This document shows, in pieces, positions 8,192 to 16,458 of a stretch of 36,094 bases of DNA. The DNA comes from an uncultured bacterium (GTDB taxonomy: Bacteria; Planctomycetota; UBA8108). The first letter of the stretch is position 1; each line of letters begins with the position of its first letter. The position numbers were made by a program, and so were the translations under genes. The notes below the pieces were generated by a model. It worked only from the letters and a program-made list of their open reading frames with translations, searched no databases and was not told the DNA's origin. The stretch covers positions 1-36,094 of the forward strand of contig CAJWMA010000003.1 of the NCBI GenBank assembly GCA_913042995.1. Direction: 5' to 3'.

Positions 8192-9565
8192 TTGGAAAAT
8201 ATAGTTTCAGACCAGACAAGTGACCAACCGGATCAGGATCTCGGCGCCATCGTCGGTGAGATCGCCGCGGAGGGTCTTCAGAAGCAGTCTTTTCACCGTC
8301 TCTCCTACGAGGCCTATTCCACGGCTAACGGGTCCGACCAACTCCGGTCTCTCGTTTCCGATTGGGGTGTCGTAGCCGGGTCAATTCCTTCGACCGCTGA
8401 TGCGGGCGCCATTCTCGGGTATTTTCAGATGATTCTTGGTGATCTGGATGCGGCCCAGGCCACCCTCGAGTCGAACGGTGGTTCGGACTGGGGTTCCTAC
8501 TGGCTCTGCCGGGTTCTCCTGGAGAAGAAGATGCCCGCAGAAGCCCTGGCGATCGCGAAGAAGTTCCAGGGAGGATCTCCCGCTTCGGTAGACTTTGCCT
8601 ACCTGGCTGTTGAGGCGTTTCTTCAGAGCGGCAACATTGACGAGGCTCGTTCGATTCTCGATTCGCTGAAGACGGGCCAGAGCGAATCCAGCCAGTTTGC
8701 CTATGCCAGCGGACTCTGCAGTGAGAAAGACGGCGATTACAGGGAGGCGATCGATTCTTACCGTCGAGCCATTTCGCTTGACGAAGAAAATTACGATGCC
8801 TATTTCCGTCTGGGCTACCTGCTGGGCTTCCATGCTACCGAAGAAGAGGAGCAGAGCGGCCTCGCCCTCGAATACTATGAGAAATGTCTCGATGCTCGCC
8901 CCATCAATACCAACGTGGTGATGAACCTCGGCATCCTCTATGAGGATTGTGAGCGATATCACGATGCCATCCAGTGCTTCCAGGCCGTCCTGAAGCATCA
9001 TCCGAACCACGCCAGGGCCAGGCTTTTTCTCGATGACGCCGTCGCCTCTACCACCATGTTCTACGATAAAGAGCAGGAGAAGAAGGCGGATCGTCAATCC
9101 CAGGTACTCAGGATCCCGGTCAGTGATTTCGAGCTCTCGGTCAGAAGCCGCAACTGTCTGCAGAAGATGAACATTGACACTCTTGGTGACCTCATCATGC
9201 GGACGGAGCAGGAATTGCTCTCCTACAAGAATTTCGGAGAGACCTCTCTTACCGAGATCAAGGAGATGCTGGTGCAGAAGAAGCTGCGTCTCGGGCAGGG
9301 ACTTGACGATCTGGATAGTGAGCCGCTCTCGCCCAGGAATCCGCTTGAGGCTTCCGCCGATCCGCAGGTACTCGATACCCCGATCGATTCACTGAACCTT
9401 TCTGTTCGCAGCCGGCGTTGCATGGAGCGTTTGAACGTTCGGTTGGTGAGAGATCTCATCAACAAGACCGAGGTCGAGCTCATGTCGGCCAAGAACTTTG
9501 GTATGACCTCTCTTACTGAGATCAAGCAGCAGCTCAGCGAGCAAGGCTTGTCGTTGCGCGGTTGA
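8192..9565 (+). CDS. TPR-repeat protein with two tandem RNA polymerase alpha-subunit C-terminal domains
   Basis: TTG start after GGAGAGGA, followed by TPR-like helices. Two alphaCTD copies: ELSVRSRNCL...LGDL...ELLSYKNFGETSLTEIK and NLSVRSRRCM...ELMSAKNFGMTSLTEIKQQL. There is no alpha-NTD, so this is not rpoA. Confidence 0.88.
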   Translation: MENIVSDQTSDQPDQDLGAIVGEIAAEGLQKQSFHRLSYEAYSTANGSDQLRSLVSDWGVVAGSIPSTADAGAILGYFQMILGDLDAAQATLESNGGSDWGSYWLCRVLLEKKMPAEALAIAKKFQGGSPASVDFAYLAVEAFLQSGNIDEARSILDSLKTGQSESSQFAYASGLCSEKDGDYREAIDSYRRAISLDEENYDAYFRLGYLLGFHATEEEEQSGLALEYYEKCLDARPINTNVVMNLGILYEDCERYHDAIQCFQAVLKHHPNHARARLFLDDAVASTTMFYDKEQEKKADRQSQVLRIPVSDFELSVRSRNCLQKMNIDTLGDLIMRTEQELLSYKNFGETSLTEIKEMLVQKKLRLGQGLDDLDSEPLSPRNPLEASADPQVLDTPIDSLNLSVRSRRCMERLNVRLVRDLINKTEVELMSAKNFGMTSLTEIKQQLSEQGLSLRG

Positions 9566-9599
9566 TTTTCAGGTAGATCCTGAAAGTTCGAGGTGTCTT

Positions 9600-10232
9600 T
9601 TGTATCACCATCTTAGGGGTAGGCTGATCGAACTGGGCTCCCTGAGCGCCGTCGTGGAAACCTCCGGTGTCGGTTGGCATGTCGAGATCCCTCTCTCGAC
9701 CAGGTCGTTGATCGGCGATCGTCTCGGGGAAGAGGTGCTGCTCTATACCCATCTCCTCGTCAGGGAAGATGTGCTCAAGCTCTTCGGTTTTTCCACCCTG
9801 GAGGAGCGGGAACTTTTCAGGCTTCTTCTCTCGGTTTCGGGAACAGGACCCAAGATCGCGTTGCAGGCGCTCTCGGCTTTTTCGGTCAAGGAGCTCATAC
9901 GCGATCTCGGATCCAGTGATGTTGATTCGCTCAAACGCATCAAGGGTGTGGGGAAGAAGCTTGCCGAGCGGATGGTGCTGGAGCTTCGGGACAAGGCAGG
10001 AGTCCTGCAATTGGGCGAGCCTGGCGGCGGGGCTGAGCAGCTACCGGAAGGCGGAGGAGGTCGGGTAGCCGAAATCGCGATTACCGTGCTGGTGGAACAG
10101 CTCGGCTTTTCGCTTAAGGATGCCCGCAAACGGGTTGAGGCGGCCTGCCAGAAGCTGTCAGGGCCCGATTCCCCGGCGAGTGCCCCAGGTGAGGCTGAAG
10201 AGATCATCCGGGTCGTTCTCGAGAACTCCTGA
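9600..10232 (+). CDS. ruvA: Holliday junction branch migration protein RuvA
   Basis: YHHLRG, GVGWHV, YTHLLVRED...LFGF...ERELF, and HhH motifs VSGTGPK and IKGVGKKLAERMVLELRDK. Confidence 0.95.
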   Translation: MYHHLRGRLIELGSLSAVVETSGVGWHVEIPLSTRSLIGDRLGEEVLLYTHLLVREDVLKLFGFSTLEERELFRLLLSVSGTGPKIALQALSAFSVKELIRDLGSSDVDSLKRIKGVGKKLAERMVLELRDKAGVLQLGEPGGGAEQLPEGGGGRVAEIAITVLVEQLGFSLKDARKRVEAACQKLSGPDSPASAPGEAEEIIRVVLENS

Positions 10233-10340
10233 TCCTGGCCGCGGTTCGGTTAACAGGTTGGGGTTTACGGCGGTTTTTTGCTGTGAGGGGGCTTTGAAGG
10301 TTTCGTAAGTCGCTTCAGATAAAGAACCTTCGCTCCCGGC

Positions 10341-10368
10341 TTGAAAGCGCCCATCTCCCTATTATAGT
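10341..10368 (+). promoter_or_regulatory. Putative sigma70 promoter
   Basis: TTGAAA, 16 bp, TATAGT in the intergenic region upstream of the 10636 gene. Confidence 0.45.
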
Positions 10369-10435
10369 TGCCTTTAGAGGAAAAGATCAGAGTCTCTACT
10401 TTTCTCTCTCAGGACTGCTTCCGGCTGTGATTGAA

Positions 10436-10463
10436 CGGTTCCTGTAGCGGTTCCTGTAGCGGT
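10436..10463. repeat. 12-bp tandem direct repeat (2.3 copies)
   Basis: CGGTTCCTGTAG CGGTTCCTGTAG CGGT. Confidence 0.8.
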
Positions 10464-10635
10464 CTGTGTGTGACTTGCAGCTTGTTTGTGGGTTTTCTTT
10501 GTCCTGCTGGCAGGCCTTCCGGGAGTGGGTCCCGGGAAATGTCGGATTTGAAGAAGTGTGAAGGTAATTCGGCCGACCGGCTTTCTTTTTGAGCGGTTTC
10601 GCGGAGGTTTCCGGGCAGCCGAGAGAGGGGAACAA

Positions 10636-11772
10636 ATGAATCTGGGCAGTTGTAGCCAGGGTCCTGAACGCTGCGGTCGAGTTGGAAAGACAGCGGCTGG
10701 CGTGTTCCTTGCCCTGATAGCGGCGATGGCGCTTGGGGCTCTGCTGATGGGGTCTTCCCTTTCAGCCCAGGAGTCGGTGGCTGTTTCAGATGTGGCGGGC
10801 AGCGGTCCCGGCGCCGCAGTTTTCGCTGCGCGGCTCGAGCTTGAGCGCGGCAATCGGAGTGCCGCGGTTTCGCCGGTTCCGGAGGCGAGGAAAATAAGGC
10901 GCGCAGTCCGGCGCGGTTCGCGGGCGGGCCAGCGCGGAGAAAGAGCTCCCTGGGTCGCCATCAGAACACTCAAGCCTCCGACTTTCGAACAGGATGGTTT
11001 TTTCAGCGAATCCCGCGGGCTCGAGAAATTTACAGCCAGGAGCCTGGAGAATGATTTCGACAGGCCTGTTTTTGATGAGCCGCCGGTCTACGTCAACTAT
11101 GATCCCGACCCCATGTTCAGACTCAAGCCTCCTGTCGAGACCCGGTTTGCCAGGGCTGCCAGGAGACTGGCCGAGAAAAAATTCTATGTTGAGCTCAGGC
11201 GTAACCTGAAGAGGGAGTGGCAGAAGAACTACGAGAACAGCTCGGGGCTGGCCTATGATAAGTACCAGGAGCAGATGCTGCGCATCAATGAGATCGGCAG
11301 GGAGGCTCATGAGTACAACCTGCTGGTTGGAGATTACTATTCAAGCCAGCTCAAGGGAGCGCTTTTCGAGGAAGGCTACGAAGGCGGCGAGAGAGATATC
11401 CAGCTCCTGGGCTGGGGGCCTTTCACGATCATGGACTCGGGGTCCATGAAGGTTCATTTCGAGAAGCTTTTCAATACGGAAGATCCCCTCCCTCGGCTGG
11501 GGGAGCCCGAGACCAAGAACCCGGGCCGTGAAGGCTTCCTTGTGTCCGAACATTATCGCGTGGACACCAACCTGAGATTACGTTTTGATCTCGGCCAGCT
11601 TATTGAAGAAGGAGATGTGGTTGGCCTGCTCGAGAGCTACGGCGTGTCGGTCAGCATCGACTGGCTGTCAAAGATTCTCGGGCGTGAGATGCTGACCGCT
11701 GAGCTCGAGGCGGAGGTGAACAGGCAGGGCGATTACGCCATTGCCTTGAACTTTGTTCTCATCGGGAGGTGA
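10636..11772 (+). CDS. Hypothetical exported or membrane-anchored protein
   Basis: Long ORF (track start 10558). ATG 10636 is preferred because it follows GAGAGGGG. Hydrophobic signal-like segment ending LSA-Q, and a C-terminus rich in amphipathic beta-strands. Confidence 0.65.
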   Translation: MNLGSCSQGPERCGRVGKTAAGVFLALIAAMALGALLMGSSLSAQESVAVSDVAGSGPGAAVFAARLELERGNRSAAVSPVPEARKIRRAVRRGSRAGQRGERAPWVAIRTLKPPTFEQDGFFSESRGLEKFTARSLENDFDRPVFDEPPVYVNYDPDPMFRLKPPVETRFARAARRLAEKKFYVELRRNLKREWQKNYENSSGLAYDKYQEQMLRINEIGREAHEYNLLVGDYYSSQLKGALFEEGYEGGERDIQLLGWGPFTIMDSGSMKVHFEKLFNTEDPLPRLGEPETKNPGREGFLVSEHYRVDTNLRLRFDLGQLIEEGDVVGLLESYGVSVSIDWLSKILGREMLTAELEAEVNRQGDYAIALNFVLIGR

Positions 11773-12010
11773 GGCCCGGGGGGTGGGGAGATCTGGTCCC
11801 GCAAACTTCTCCGGGACGGGTTCTGAGCGCCTTGCTTATACTGAAATCTGCTGATAATATACCGGCGCTGATTCGGCCCCAGGCTCGTGGTGGAGTTTCC
11901 CGGGTCAGTCCTCTCTTTTCCTTAGTGTCGGTCTTACTTTTAGAACTGAAGTCGGCTTCGTGCTGGAATTTAGCTTTGTCGCCGCAGAGAAGAAGTGAAA
12001 TGGTGGGCTC

Positions 12011-13201
12011 ATGATACAGAAGATTTCTGATCAATGGGATGGTGTGGAGAAGGACGTCGATCGGGTTGGCAGTCCTGAGGGACAGCAACTGGAGGCGGTG
12101 GCTCAAAAGGTGAAGGACGTTCGTACAGCCCTTCAGACGATGTGCCAGGCCTCGGTTACCAGGGCAACCCTCAAGGAGGCGGTGAGGGAGGTCGTCGTGT
12201 CTCTTATCGAGGAAAGAGGCGACGAGCTCTTCCCTGAACTCAAGGATTTGCGGGGCAGGGTGGCGCAGGCGGATGCAGGGCAGGATTCAACTCCGGCTCT
12301 GTCTGGCGGTGTCGCCGGGATGAGAGAGTCCGTGGATGAGCTCCGCGCCCGGCTCGATTCAATCGAGGCAAGGGCGGGCGAGCTGGGCACCTCGCTTGAC
12401 GATGGTCTTGGAGCTCTGCAGCTCGATGTCAACGAGGTGCGGGCGGAGGCCGCCGGCACTGGCCGGCAGGTCAACGATGAGCTCGAGGTCGTCAGTGAAA
12501 TGGTTATGGATATCGAGGAAGGACTCGTGCAGCTCAAGCAGTCCATTCCGGAAACGGCAAAGACCGTGATGGGTGAGCTGGAAGTTCGCCTGGGTAAGGA
12601 GATCTCTGAGATGATGGAACAATTGACCGCGCAAATCGGTGAGCTGAAGGAAATGCTGGGTCGTGTAGAGGAATCGGTTCCCTCCAGGGGAATGGTAGAG
12701 AGCCTCGGAGAAGAGGTTGGTCAGCGTCTCGGCCGTATCGAGGAGACCTTCTCGAAGGTCTCCGGGCAGGTTGAGCATATCGACTCTACCACTCCCGAGA
12801 TCGAGAGCATGGGAGCGCGCTTCAAAGAATTGCGTGAGCAGACAGCCGCGGCCCAGGAAGAGCTGGGCCGCAACAGCGAGGGGGTCGAAGAAATCAGGAG
12901 CACCCTTGGCGGGCGTCTCGACGAACTCGGGCTGGCCCTGAAGGATGTTGTCTCCAGGTGGGAGAGCGACCAGTCGGCGATGGCAGAGAGGCTGGGCCGG
13001 CTCCGCGACTCGCTCAGGGACCAACTGCATGATTTCAATCTCCAGGTTGAAGGTGAGCAGAAGGGACTGTGGAACAAGCTCCGGGGGAACAAGGACCCCG
13101 GCCTGAAGCTCTCCGCGGAAGAATTTGACAACCTGTCCGGGAAGCTCGAGGGAATCATCTCGGGCCTCGAGACGGTCATTTCAAAGAAGGACGAGTCCTG
13201 A
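12011..13201 (+). CDS. Hypothetical acidic coiled-coil protein (396 aa)
   Basis: Continuous L/V/E/Q-rich heptad-like pattern with no signal peptide or TM segment. Confidence 0.75.
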   Translation: MIQKISDQWDGVEKDVDRVGSPEGQQLEAVAQKVKDVRTALQTMCQASVTRATLKEAVREVVVSLIEERGDELFPELKDLRGRVAQADAGQDSTPALSGGVAGMRESVDELRARLDSIEARAGELGTSLDDGLGALQLDVNEVRAEAAGTGRQVNDELEVVSEMVMDIEEGLVQLKQSIPETAKTVMGELEVRLGKEISEMMEQLTAQIGELKEMLGRVEESVPSRGMVESLGEEVGQRLGRIEETFSKVSGQVEHIDSTTPEIESMGARFKELREQTAAAQEELGRNSEGVEEIRSTLGGRLDELGLALKDVVSRWESDQSAMAERLGRLRDSLRDQLHDFNLQVEGEQKGLWNKLRGNKDPGLKLSAEEFDNLSGKLEGIISGLETVISKKDES

Positions 13202-13250
13202 TTCGAGCGCTCCAGCTCTTCCGGCCGCTCTCCCTCGCGAGGGTTAGTGC

Positions 13251-13278
13251 TTGAAATAAACCCCCGGGTTCGTAAACT
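13251..13278 (+). promoter_or_regulatory. Putative promoter of tRNA-His
   Basis: TTGAAA, 16 bp, TAAACT, about 60 bp upstream of the tRNA. Confidence 0.5.
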
Positions 13279-13336
13279 CGTGTTTCGATTTTCAGGAAGC
13301 TTTCCAGTGGGAGGCTCCCCAGGAAGGATCCATTGT

Positions 13337-13414
13337 GGTGAGCGTAGCTCAGGTGGCTAGAGCGCTTGGTTGTGGTCCAGGAGGTCGGGGGTTCAAGTCC
13401 CCTCGCTCACCCCA
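13337..13414 (+). tRNA. tRNA-His (GTG)
   Basis: Encoded G-1; acceptor stem GTGAGCG/CGCTCAC; D-arm GCTC...GAGC; anticodon arm CTTGG-TTGTGGT-CCAGG (GTG at 13372-13374); T-arm GGGGG-TTCAAGT-CCCCT; C73 discriminator and encoded CCA. Confidence 0.97.
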
Positions 13415-13459
13415 TTTTTACCTTCCCATCATCGAGTAGACGCGCGTTCGCGGGTTTGC

Positions 13460-13777
13460 TCAGTCTTTTGCTTCCATGGTGGAGTAGGCCCTGGAGGTGA
13501 AACGGTCGAGGGCGTCGCAGGTCCTCTTTCCCAGCTCCGCGCCTGTCTTCAGCTCATCTCCGAGCTCCAGGTACGAGGACTCTTTCGAATCGTATTCCGG
13601 CCAGGCGGGTAACCCCTTGGCGTTGGGATTGCCCGTTTCGGAAAATCGCACCCAGTATTTCATGAGCTTCCGGGCAAGGCTCCGGCCGCCTTCCCCGGCG
13701 CGGCCGGCCTTGAGTGTGTTGAAGACATAGGCGAGCTCGATCGCATGGGGGGCGCCAAGGGCCGGGTAGCTCCAGCC
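13460..13777 (-). pseudogene. C-terminal remnant (~105 aa) of a type-B carboxylesterase
   Basis: LGAPHAIELAYVF (catalytic His motif) ... LMKYWVRFSETGNPNAKGLPAWPEY ... YLELG matches the COesterase C-terminus. The N-terminal part with the GxSxG motif is absent; the opposite-strand FHA gene occupies that space. Confidence 0.8.
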
Positions 13778-13838
13778 TTTGCCGTCGGCAAGCTCCGGAA
13801 ATTTATTCCCCAGGTCATTTGCGGAGTATAATTTCTCT

Positions 13839-16415
13839 GTGCCAAAGCAAGTAAGCGGACCCCATTTTCTGCTCGCGATTGCCGGTGAAGATTCCCAGCC
13901 GCGCCTGGTGATTCTTCCCGAGGGGGAGACCCTGCTCGGCCGCTCGCGGAAAAACGATATCATTCTCAAGGATTCGGCCGTCTCGCGTGAGCATGGCCGG
14001 GTGCTGCGCCAGGGAGCGGTGGTTCGCTACGAGGATCTTGGAGACAGGAACATTACCCTCATTGGTTCCAGTCCCGCTCATGGCAGGGAGCTGCGGGATG
14101 GCGATATTTTGAAAATGGGCCATTCGCGCCTGGAGTTTCATTCCGGCGCCGTCCTGGCGGCGCGGCCGTCGGCAAAGGCTGGAGGCATCGCCCCGCGCAG
14201 GCGTGTTTCTGATTCCTACAAGGCTAAAACCAGGTCAGCCGGTCTGCCCATGATGGTCGCGACGGTCGCGCTGATGGGCATCATCCTGGCGATCGTTCTT
14301 TTCAGGAATCCTCCTTCGCAACAGCCGTCCGCCGGTACGAATACGAACCTTCTCGTCCGGCGGAGTCAGCCATCCCGGAAGGAGAGCAGCTCGAAGTATC
14401 CCAAGGTACCAGAGGTCACCAGGCCGAAGCGGGCCGTGGTGAGCCCTGCCGCGAAGCCGCCTCCGGCTGAAGCGAAGCCCAAGCCGTCGGACGGCGGACG
14501 GGGCGCCGTTGCCGTAGAGACCCCGGTTCCCGCGGCAAAGAAAGAAAAACCGCCGGTTCCGAAGCCCGTTATCGTGAGACCGGTGGTTCCGAAGAATGCT
14601 GAGGAGGCCTACTTCGAGGCCCACGTAGTTCCCTTTCTTTCAAAATACTGCAACTCATGTCACAACCAGGAGAAGAAGAAGGGTGAGCTGGCGCTCAATG
14701 GTTATCTTGTCGCTTCCGAGGCGGTTAAGGACAAGCAGGCATGGGAGGCTGTGGCCAAGAAGATCAAGGCGGCCGAGATGCCTCCGAAGAGAAGCCGGAA
14801 GCCCACAGAAGATGAGGTCTCCAAGGTCGTCGCCTGGATTGACGCGGCAGTCTTCGGACTCAACGAGGGCAATGGGAACGATCCTGGCCGGGTTACCATG
14901 AGGAGGCTCAACAAGGTCGAGTACAACTATACGGTCCATGATCTTGTTGGCGTTGATCTCGACCTGGCCGATGCTTTTCCCGCCGATGAAATTGGCTATG
15001 GATTCGATAACATCAGCGATCTGCTCTCGATACCGCCGCTGTTGATGGAGAAATATCTCAAGGCGGGCGAGAAGATCGTGGAGGCGGCCTGGTCTAAAGA
15101 TGAATCCCGCGAGCGGATCCTGATCTGCTCGCCGAAAAAGAAGAGCGAGATGAAGACCTGCGCCAGGAAAATCATCAAGGCCTTCGGACTCAGGGCTTTT
15201 CGGCGTCCCCTGACCTCCAGCGAGACCGCGGCCCTGGTCAGCCTTGTCGAGCTTGCGGTGAAGAATGACGATGGGTTTGATAAAGGTATCCAGCTCGCGG
15301 TCCAGGCCATGTTGGTGTCTCCCCATTTTCTCTTCCGGGTAGAGATCGACCCAAAGCCTGATGATCCCGAGGCGGTACGCGCCCTCAACGACTACGAACT
15401 CGCCTCACGGCTGTCCTATTTTCTCTGGAGCAGCATGCCGGACGATGAATTGTTCGAGCTCGCCCGCACGAGAAGCCTTCGAAGGCGCAGCGTGCTTGAA
15501 AAACAGGTCGAGCGGATGCTTGCGGATAAGAGATCGCAGGCCCTGGTTCAAACCTTCGCCGCCCACTGGCTTGGCATCCGGACGATGAAGCTGGTCACTC
15601 CCGATGAGGAAACCTTCCCCGATTTTGATCAGCAGCTTCGGGATGCCATGTGCAGGGAGACCGAGCTCTTCTTCGAGGAGATCATGAAGAAGGATCTCAG
15701 CGTTCTCCTCTTTATTGATTCGGACTTCACCTTTCTCAACCAGCGTCTTGCCGAGCACTACGGTATTCGCGGAGTGAGCGGCGCGAAGCATCAACGTGTA
15801 GCCCTGGAGGACGGGCGCCGCGGCGGAGTCCTCACCCAGGGTACTGTTCTGACGATCACCTCCGATCCCACCCGGACCTCTCCGGTGAAGCGGGGGAAAT
15901 GGATTCTCGAACAGATTCTCGGAAGCCCTCCTCCCCCTCCTCCTCCGGGCGCGGATAATTTTGTCGGCAAGGCTACCGAGGAGGGGTTGACCCTCCGCGA
16001 GCGTATGAAGCTGCACCGGCAGAATCCCGAATGCGCGGTCTGCCACGAAAAGATGGACACCATCGGGCTGGGATTCGAAAGATTTGACGGGATTGGCACC
16101 TTTCGGGAAACCCAGTCCGGAGCGCCGATTATTGTCAACGGCACCTTGCCGAGCGGCCAGAGCTTCAAGAATGTGACCGAATTGAAGAGCCTTCTGCTGC
16201 GGCATAAGGCTGATTTCTGCCGCTGCCTGACCGAGAAAATGATGATCTTTGCCCTCGGCCGGGGGCTGGAGTATACTGATACTTCACTGGTAGATGAGAT
16301 CTCGAAAGAGCTCGCTCTGAGCGGCTACCGATTTTCGACGTTAGTGAAACAGATCGTCCTGTCTGAGAAGTTCAGGAAACGCAGAGGGGAAAAACCGCTG
16401 ACCGCGGTGAAATAG
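13839..16415 (+). CDS. FHA domain + TM + Pro/Lys linker + planctomycete cytochrome c + DUF1587/1595/1592/1588/1585 protein
   Basis: FHA (LLGRSRKNDIILKDSAVSREH...LRDGDILKMG), one TM helix, CNSCH...MPP, RRLNKVEYNYTVHDL, AFRRPL, LVSPHFLF, ELASRLSYFLWSSMPD, TSPVKRGKWI, CAVCH, FALGR. GTG 13839 is preferred over the track start 13779. Confidence 0.9.
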   Translation: MPKQVSGPHFLLAIAGEDSQPRLVILPEGETLLGRSRKNDIILKDSAVSREHGRVLRQGAVVRYEDLGDRNITLIGSSPAHGRELRDGDILKMGHSRLEFHSGAVLAARPSAKAGGIAPRRRVSDSYKAKTRSAGLPMMVATVALMGIILAIVLFRNPPSQQPSAGTNTNLLVRRSQPSRKESSSKYPKVPEVTRPKRAVVSPAAKPPPAEAKPKPSDGGRGAVAVETPVPAAKKEKPPVPKPVIVRPVVPKNAEEAYFEAHVVPFLSKYCNSCHNQEKKKGELALNGYLVASEAVKDKQAWEAVAKKIKAAEMPPKRSRKPTEDEVSKVVAWIDAAVFGLNEGNGNDPGRVTMRRLNKVEYNYTVHDLVGVDLDLADAFPADEIGYGFDNISDLLSIPPLLMEKYLKAGEKIVEAAWSKDESRERILICSPKKKSEMKTCARKIIKAFGLRAFRRPLTSSETAALVSLVELAVKNDDGFDKGIQLAVQAMLVSPHFLFRVEIDPKPDDPEAVRALNDYELASRLSYFLWSSMPDDELFELARTRSLRRRSVLEKQVERMLADKRSQALVQTFAAHWLGIRTMKLVTPDEETFPDFDQQLRDAMCRETELFFEEIMKKDLSVLLFIDSDFTFLNQRLAEHYGIRGVSGAKHQRVALEDGRRGGVLTQGTVLTITSDPTRTSPVKRGKWILEQILGSPPPPPPPGADNFVGKATEEGLTLRERMKLHRQNPECAVCHEKMDTIGLGFERFDGIGTFRETQSGAPIIVNGTLPSGQSFKNVTELKSLLLRHKADFCRCLTEKMMIFALGRGLEYTDTSLVDEISKELALSGYRFSTLVKQIVLSEKFRKRRGEKPLTAVK

Positions 16416-16458
16416 GGCAGAACAAACGGCTGCAGCGATACCGGAGCTAAATGCTGAC

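Noticed and set aside
8192-9565. Calling this gene rpoA
   Set aside because: It has no alpha N-terminal dimerisation domain and is not in the ribosomal-protein operon context.
13778-13969. N-terminal part of the track ORF 13460..13969 as real coding sequence
   Set aside because: It is antisense to the FHA gene and its promoter and shows no esterase similarity.
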